NCBI GenBank assembly: GCA_965202925.1
Contig: CBDBCG010000006.1
Location: 120,002-184,001, forward strand
Direction: 5' to 3'
DNA: 64,000 nucleotides
Origin: Alphaproteobacteria bacterium
GTDB taxonomy: Bacteria > Pseudomonadota > Alphaproteobacteria > Bin65
Part shown: piece by piece, positions 59,287 to 64,000 of the stretch
Numbering within the stretch: the first letter of the stretch is position 1
Layout: each line of letters begins with the position of its first letter
Made by a program: the position numbers and the translations under genes
The notes under the pieces: generated by a model
What the model saw: the letters and a program-made list of their open reading frames with translations, nothing else
The model's database searches: none
Told to the model about the DNA's origin: nothing

Positions 59287-59592
59287 TCAGCCGGCCCGCG
59301 CCTCGAGCGTCGGTATTCCGGACACGTCAGCCTCGCGTTCCGCACGCGCCATGTCGTGCAGCCGTTGCAGGGTGATCCAGAAGCCGGCGCCGTTGCCGAA
59401 CAGTTTGCCGAACCGGACCGCCATCTCGGCTGTGACCGGCTGCTTCTCGTTCAGGATGGCGTAGAGCGTCTGGCGGGAGATGCCGAGCGCGGCCGCCGCC
59501 GCCGTCCTGCTCATCGACAGGGCGGGCAGGATGTCCTCGCGCAGAATTTCCCCCGGATGCACCGGGTCGATGGAAGGATGCCGCTCGATCAT
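59287..59592 (-). CDS. higA: HigA-family antitoxin (XRE-type HTH)
   Basis: HPGEILREDILPALSMSRTAAAAALGISRQTLYAILNEKQPVTAEMAVRFGKLFGNGAGFWITLQ. Confidence 0.85.
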   Translation of the reverse strand: MIERHPSIDPVHPGEILREDILPALSMSRTAAAAALGISRQTLYAILNEKQPVTAEMAVRFGKLFGNGAGFWITLQRLHDMARAEREADVSGIPTLEARAG

Positions 59593-59700
59593 CGGTGATA
59601 GTCCTCAATGTCCACGTCCGCTGCGCGGTCGCCGTCCCATCCGAAGGTGATGTTCGGATCGGTCGTCGGACAGACTGCGTTGGGGCCGGCCGCGAAAATG
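59589..59700 (-). pseudogene. higB: higB (RelE/ParE-superfamily toxin) remnant, C-terminal end only
   Basis: My own translation of the reverse strand gives ..PNITFGWDGDRAADVDIEDYHR-stop. The TGA overlaps the higA ATG (ATGA). This matches the HigB C-terminal pattern (..RIxFRW....A.DV.I.DYH). Upstream there is no start codon or recognisable N-terminal part, and a likely frameshift. Confidence 0.5.
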
Positions 59701-59937
59701 CCAAGCACTGCCTTACAACAATGACATCCGGTTACCCCCTGACCCTGGATTCATCTGCGAAAGCCCGGATGCGGTTCGCAAGCGGATGCGCCACGGCATA
59801 CCTCCCCCTCTTCAGAGGGGGAGGCCAGGTGGGGGTGGCGCGTCGACAGACGCGCTTCGCCGCCCGGTATACAAAAAAAGGGCGAATCCTGCGGCGACTC
59901 AAGGCACCCCCATCGACCTCGCTGCGCTCGGCCACTT

Positions 59938-59967
59938 CCCCCTCTGAAGAGGATTTCTCTGCAAAAG
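59938..59967. repeat. IS left terminal inverted repeat
   Basis: cccccctctgaagaggatttctctgcaaaag; see the mobile element entry. Confidence 0.6.
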
Positions 59968-60028
59968 GGGGATTCTCAAGCTGCGCGTAGTGTGATTCTT
60001 TGCGCTGCGGAACAGGTTGGGGGCTGTG

Positions 60029-60985
60029 ATGAGCGATCGGGGTCAGTTGGGGTTTGCCGAAGCGTTTGTGTCTGCGGGTCTGGGCAGGAATCCGAAGCTG
60101 GAGCGTCTGGACGGCCTGATCGACTGGTCGCCGGTCGGCCGTCTGGCGGCCGATATGCGCCGGGCGCAGACCGGCCGTCCGCCCTACGACCCGTTGTCGA
60201 TGTTGAAGGCGCTGTATCTGCAGGCGCTCTACGACCTGTCGGATCCGGGGCTGGAGGAGGCCCTGATGGACCGGCTGTCGTTTCGGCGCTTCTGCGGCTT
60301 TGCGCTGGACGCCCCGACGCCGGACGAGACGACGATCTGGCGCTTCCGGGAGCAGGCGGGTCCGCTTCTGAAGGCGGCCTTCGAGGAGATCGGCCGCCAG
60401 ATCGACAAGGCAGGGCTGGTGGTGCGTCAGGGCACGCTGATGGACGCCACCCTTGTGGCCTCGGCCCGGCGTCCGCCGCGGCGCTCGGCGGGCGCCGGCG
60501 CCGGCCATCGGCAAGAGCCCGGCGCCGACTGGACCAAGCAGAACGGCAAAGCCTTTTTCGGCTACAAGGCGCATGTCGGCGTCGACCGGGGCTCGGGCCT
60601 GGTCCGGCGCGCGGTCCTGACCTCGGCCAAGGTCTACGAGAGCACGGTCGCCGACCGGCTGATCTGCGGCGACGAGAAGGCGGTCTACGGCGACCGGGCC
60701 TATGAGCACAAGGAGCGTCGCGCGCGCCTGAAGGCCGCCGGCATCAAGGACCGCATCATGCACCGCCGGCACAGGCATATGGCGGCGCTGCCTCATTGGC
60801 AGCAGCGCCGCAACCGGCTGATCTCCCGGCACCGGGCGCCGGTCGAGGCGGTCTTCTCCGCCCTCAAGCGCCTCTACGGCCAGAGCCGCGCCAAGGGCCT
60901 CACCCTCGAAAGAAACACCGCCCGCCTGATGGCCGCGGTCACCGCCTACAACCTCAGACGGGCCAGCCTGATCGCCGGACCCTGA
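60029..60985 (+). CDS. IS5-family (DDE_Tnp_1) transposase
   Basis: GRPPYDPLSMLKALYLQALYDLSDPGLEEALMDRLSFRRFCGF...GTLMDATLV...FGYKAHVGVD...VYGDRAYE. The ATG at 60029 lies within ORF 60017..60985. Confidence 0.9.
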   Translation: MSDRGQLGFAEAFVSAGLGRNPKLERLDGLIDWSPVGRLAADMRRAQTGRPPYDPLSMLKALYLQALYDLSDPGLEEALMDRLSFRRFCGFALDAPTPDETTIWRFREQAGPLLKAAFEEIGRQIDKAGLVVRQGTLMDATLVASARRPPRRSAGAGAGHRQEPGADWTKQNGKAFFGYKAHVGVDRGSGLVRRAVLTSAKVYESTVADRLICGDEKAVYGDRAYEHKERRARLKAAGIKDRIMHRRHRHMAALPHWQQRRNRLISRHRAPVEAVFSALKRLYGQSRAKGLTLERNTARLMAAVTAYNLRRASLIAGP

Positions 60986-61146
60986 GCCGGAAAACACGCC
61001 CGAAGACCCCGAACCGTCGGCAGACGCCCCTGTTGTGCCAGACCTGGCAGGGCCGACCGCCGCGCCTGCGCCCAAATCCCACAGCGGCAAAGTCGGACAG
61101 CGCACCGTCACCGACCGAAAACAACCGCAAGAAACCCGGTTCCAGA

Positions 61147-61176
61147 CTTTCGCAGAGAAATCCTCTGAAGAGGGGG
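61147..61176. repeat. IS right terminal inverted repeat
   Basis: ctttcgcagagaaatcctctgaagaggggg. Confidence 0.6.
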
Positions 61177-61360
61177 AAGGATACGGTGCGGCGGCTCTGC
61201 CTTTTCGAAGGAGAACCCCAAGCGGGATTCGGGCGATGTGCGGTGCTTTCGCAGTACAATCCTGACCCTAGGCGGATCGGGATACCGCCGCGCGGGCGTG
61301 TCCGCTTTTCTTGGCGGCGGACTTACCGTAGGCCGGGGCTGCCGCCGGAGAGTGCGAATC

Positions 61361-62572
61361 ATGACCGCTATCGAGACCATCCCGCCCACCGACAATATTG
61401 CCGCCAACCCCTATGCCCCGGACCCGGAGCTCGAGGCGATCCGGCAATCCGTGCGCGCGCTGTGCGCCGGCTTTCCGGGCGAATACTGGCGCGGGAAGGA
61501 CCGGGAGCGCGCCTATCCGACGGAATTCGTGCAGGCGTTGACCGAGGCCGGCTTCCTCGCCGTGCTGATCCCGGAGGCCTATGGCGGCAGCGGCCTCGGC
61601 CTGCGCGCCGCGACGGCGATCCTGGAGGAGATCCACAAGAGCGGCGGCAACGGCGCGGCCTGCCACGCCCAGATGTACATCATGGGCACGATCCTGCGCC
61701 ACGGCTCGGCGGACCAGAAGGAACGCTGGCTGCCGGGCATCGCCTCCGGAGACCTGCGGCTGCAGGCCTTCGGCGTCACCGAGCCGGGCAGCGGGATCGA
61801 CACCCTCTCCCTGCGCACGGTCGCCGAGAAGAAGGGCAACGACCGCTATGTCGTGAACGGCCAGAAGGTCTGGACCTCGCGCGCCGAACATTCCGACCTG
61901 ATGCTGCTGCTCGCCCGGACGACGCCGAAGGAGGAGGCGAAGAAGCGGACGGAGGGCCTGTCCGTCTTCGTCGTCGACATGCGCGCGGCGCGGGGCAACG
62001 GCCTGACCATCCGGCCGATCCGCACCATGATCAACCACGCCACTACCGAGGTCTTCTTCGACGATTTGGAAGTGCCGGCGGAGAACTTGGTCGGCACGGA
62101 GGGCCAGGGGTTCCGCTACATCCTCGACGGCATGAACGCCGAGCGGGTGCTGATCGGCGCCGAATGCATCGGCGACGCCCGCTGGTTCATCGATAAAGCG
62201 CGGAGCTATGCCGGCGAGCGCCAGGTGTTCGGCCGGCCGATCGGCCAGAACCAGGGCATCCAGTTCCCGATCGCCAAGGCCTATGCCGCGACCGAGGCCG
62301 CCGACCTGATGGTGCAGAAGGCGGCCTGCCTGTTCGACGCCGGCGAGAAACCCGGCGCCGAGGCCAACATGGCCAAGATGCTCGCCGCCGACGCCGCCTG
62401 GGAGGCCGCCGACATGTGCATGCAGGCCCATGGCGGCTTCGCCTTCGCCGAGGAATACGATATCGAGCGCAAGTTCCGCGAAACCCGGCTCTACCGGACC
62501 GCGCCGATCTCGACCAACCTGATCCTGAGCTACATCGCCGAGCATGTGCTGGGCCTGCCAAGGTCGTTTTGA
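61361..62572 (+). CDS. Acyl-CoA dehydrogenase
   Basis: Within ORF 61238..62572, starting at the ATG at 61361. Motifs: AFGVTEPGSGIDT, QKVWTSRAEHSD, and the C-terminal FAFAEEYDIERKFRETRLYRTAPISTN. Confidence 0.9.
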   Translation: MTAIETIPPTDNIAANPYAPDPELEAIRQSVRALCAGFPGEYWRGKDRERAYPTEFVQALTEAGFLAVLIPEAYGGSGLGLRAATAILEEIHKSGGNGAACHAQMYIMGTILRHGSADQKERWLPGIASGDLRLQAFGVTEPGSGIDTLSLRTVAEKKGNDRYVVNGQKVWTSRAEHSDLMLLLARTTPKEEAKKRTEGLSVFVVDMRAARGNGLTIRPIRTMINHATTEVFFDDLEVPAENLVGTEGQGFRYILDGMNAERVLIGAECIGDARWFIDKARSYAGERQVFGRPIGQNQGIQFPIAKAYAATEAADLMVQKAACLFDAGEKPGAEANMAKMLAADAAWEAADMCMQAHGGFAFAEEYDIERKFRETRLYRTAPISTNLILSYIAEHVLGLPRSF

Positions 62573-62608
62573 GGGTGCGGCACCGCCGCTGACCCGGATC
62601 GCGCTCCC

Positions 62609-63748
62609 ATGAACCCCTTCGCCGACATTCTCGTCATTTCCATCGACCAGGCGGCTGCGGCGCCCCTGTGCGCGGCGAAGCTGGCGGACGCCGGGGCGCG
62701 GGTCGTCAAGGTCGAGCGACCGGGCGGCGATTTCGCGCGCTACTACGATACGGCGGTCAACGGCCTGTCGTCCTATTTCGTCTGGCTCAACCGGGGCAAG
62801 CAATCCATCGTCCTCGACCTGAAGGATGCGGCGGACGCCGCCCTGCTGCACCGGATGATCGCGCGGGCCGACGTGTTCCTGCAAAATCTCGCGCCCGGCG
62901 CGGCGGCGAAGCTCGGTTTCGGCTTCGGGGCCCTGCGCGAGCGGCACCCGCGGCTCATCACCTGCGACATCTCCGGCTACGGCGAGGGCGGCCCCTACGA
63001 GGCGATGAAGGCCTACGACCTGCTGGTGCAGGCGGAATCCGGCGTCGCGGCGATCACCGGCAGCCCGGACGAACCGGCCCGGGTCGGCGTCTCGATCGCC
63101 GACTTCTCCGCCGGGGTGCACGCCTACGGCGCGATCATGGAGGCCCTGTTCGCGCGCGAGAAGACCGGCGCGGGGCGGGCGATCTCGGTCTCCCTGTTCC
63201 ACACGCTCGCCGACTGGATGAACGTGCCGCTGTTCCACAACGATCTGGCGGACGCGGGCTTCGCGCGGGTCGGCCTGCGCCATCCGACGATCGCGCCCTA
63301 CGGCCTGTTCCGGTGCGCCGGCGGGGAACCCCTCGTGATCGCCATCCAGAATGCGCGCGAATGGGTGCGCCTGTGCGAAACGGTGCTGGAACGGCCGGAC
63401 ATGGCGGACGATCCGCGCTTCTCCGACAATACCGCCCGGGTCGCCAACCGGCCGGCGCTGGAGGCCGAGATGGGCGCCGTGTTCGGCGCGTTATCGCGCG
63501 AAGAGGCGATCCGCCGGCTGGAGGCGGCGCAGATCGCCTGGGGGCGGGTCAACGAAGTCGCAGACCTCTCGGCCCATCCCGAACTGCGGCGCGTGCCGGT
63601 CGAGACGCCGAACGGCCCGGCCCAGATGGTCCCGCCCGGCGCGCTGGTCCGCGAACTGGGCGAGCCGGAGCTCGGCGCCGTCCCCGCCCTGGACGAGCAC
63701 GGCCCCGCGATCCGGGCGGAATTTGCCGCCGACGGAATGGGCGGCTGA
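62609..63748 (+). CDS. CaiB/BaiF family (class III) CoA-transferase
   Basis: ILVISIDQAAAAPLCAAKLADAGARVVKVERPGGDFAR. The product is 379 aa. Confidence 0.9.
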   Translation: MNPFADILVISIDQAAAAPLCAAKLADAGARVVKVERPGGDFARYYDTAVNGLSSYFVWLNRGKQSIVLDLKDAADAALLHRMIARADVFLQNLAPGAAAKLGFGFGALRERHPRLITCDISGYGEGGPYEAMKAYDLLVQAESGVAAITGSPDEPARVGVSIADFSAGVHAYGAIMEALFAREKTGAGRAISVSLFHTLADWMNVPLFHNDLADAGFARVGLRHPTIAPYGLFRCAGGEPLVIAIQNAREWVRLCETVLERPDMADDPRFSDNTARVANRPALEAEMGAVFGALSREEAIRRLEAAQIAWGRVNEVADLSAHPELRRVPVETPNGPAQMVPPGALVRELGEPELGAVPALDEHGPAIRAEFAADGMGG

Positions 63749-63763
63749 CCGGCCCGGCAGGCG

Positions 63764-64000
63764 TCACGTCGCCAGCCCTTTCACGAACAAACCGATCCCG
63801 GCGCAGAACAGCAGCGCCAGGATCAGGTTGCGGTAGCGCTCCTCCGGCACCCGGGCGCGGATGCGGCTGCCCACGAACATGCCGAGGCCCGCCGGGGCCA
63901 GCAGGCCGGCGGAGATCGCGCCGACCTCCCAGGTCACCGCCCCCTTGGCGACCAGCGACGCCGCCCAGGGCACGACGATGATGAACAGCACATAGCCGGA
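63764..64000 (-). CDS. TauE/SafE-family membrane protein, C-terminal part only (gene continues past the right edge)
   Basis: The hydrophobic C-terminus ..LLAPAGLGMFVGSRIRARVPEERYRNLILALLFCAGIGLFVKGLAT is typical of the family. It has no start within the window. Confidence 0.55.
   Translation of the reverse strand, partial: SGYVLFIIVVPWAASLVAKGAVTWEVGAISAGLLAPAGLGMFVGSRIRARVPEERYRNLILALLFCAGIGLFVKGLAT

Larger units (their letters stand above)
59938..61176 (+). mobile_element. IS5-family insertion sequence (inner boundaries; see nested-repeat finding)
   Basis: A DDE transposase ORF is flanked by ~29-nt imperfect inverted repeats. The reverse complement of the left end is CTTTTGCAGAGAAATCCTCTTCAGAGGGG. 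The right end is CTTTCGCAGAGAAATCCTCTGAAGAGGGG. Confidence 0.75.

Noticed and set aside
61268-63283. 671-aa minus-strand ORF
   Set aside because: It is antisense to the acyl-CoA dehydrogenase and CoA-transferase genes, and its composition is not protein-like.

Overview
This is a high-GC bacterial chromosomal segment. Hand-counted 60-nt lines in core genes are about 72-75% G+C. I call about 50 protein-coding genes and found no rRNA, tRNA or CRISPR array. Gene content (many TRAP transporters, LysR regulators, CoA-dependent catabolic enzymes) looks alphaproteobacterium-like, but that is inference only. All product calls come from reading motifs in the supplied translations; no database search was run.

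Layout by coordinate:
- 1-6.0 kb: a defence-type module with an AlbA_2/Schlafen-like gene directly upstream of a Type III restriction-modification pair (Mod, Res).
- 6.7-8.65 kb: a single ORF encoding two complete LysR regulators fused head to tail.
- 9-17 kb: a Tat-exported hydrolase, a TRAP transporter (PhnD-like, DctPQM), a desaturase and a TPR protein.
- 17.8-35.4 kb: an orphan CoA-dependent catabolic island. It holds a CaiB-type CoA-transferase, a LysR regulator, a second TRAP system, two tandem VOC/epimerase-like paralogs, two crotonases, an acyl-CoA ligase, a hydrolase, an SCP2 protein, an HTD2-like hydratase, an SDR, an amidase and GhrA. An AT-rich operator/promoter cassette is present three times in it.
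- 35.5-44 kb: miscellaneous metabolism, including PP2C, an SDR, a formamidase-family protein, ProX/YbaK, a Rieske fusion protein, an acyl-CoA ligase and an M20 carbamoylase-type amidase.
- 44.1-46.9 kb: a low-GC mosaic carrying a frameshifted PD-(D/E)xK-like gene, translationally coupled to a DUF2779 (Cas4-like) nuclease gene, next to polA.
- 47-54 kb: housekeeping genes (polA, NIPSNAP, SulP, glnS).
- 54.5-58.3 kb: a UXS / GT2 / GtrA / ArnT-like envelope glycan modification cassette.
- 58.3-61.3 kb: tauD-like, an orphan higA with a decayed higB, and an IS5-family element with nested inverted repeats.
- 61.4-64 kb: an acyl-CoA dehydrogenase, a CoA-transferase and a partial TauE/SafE gene.

The best candidates for something undescribed are:
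- the AlbA_2 + Type III R-M trio;
- the low-GC nuclease pair beside polA;
- the triplicated LysR-type operator regulon with a duplicated promoter plus gene fragment;
- the fused double LysR.
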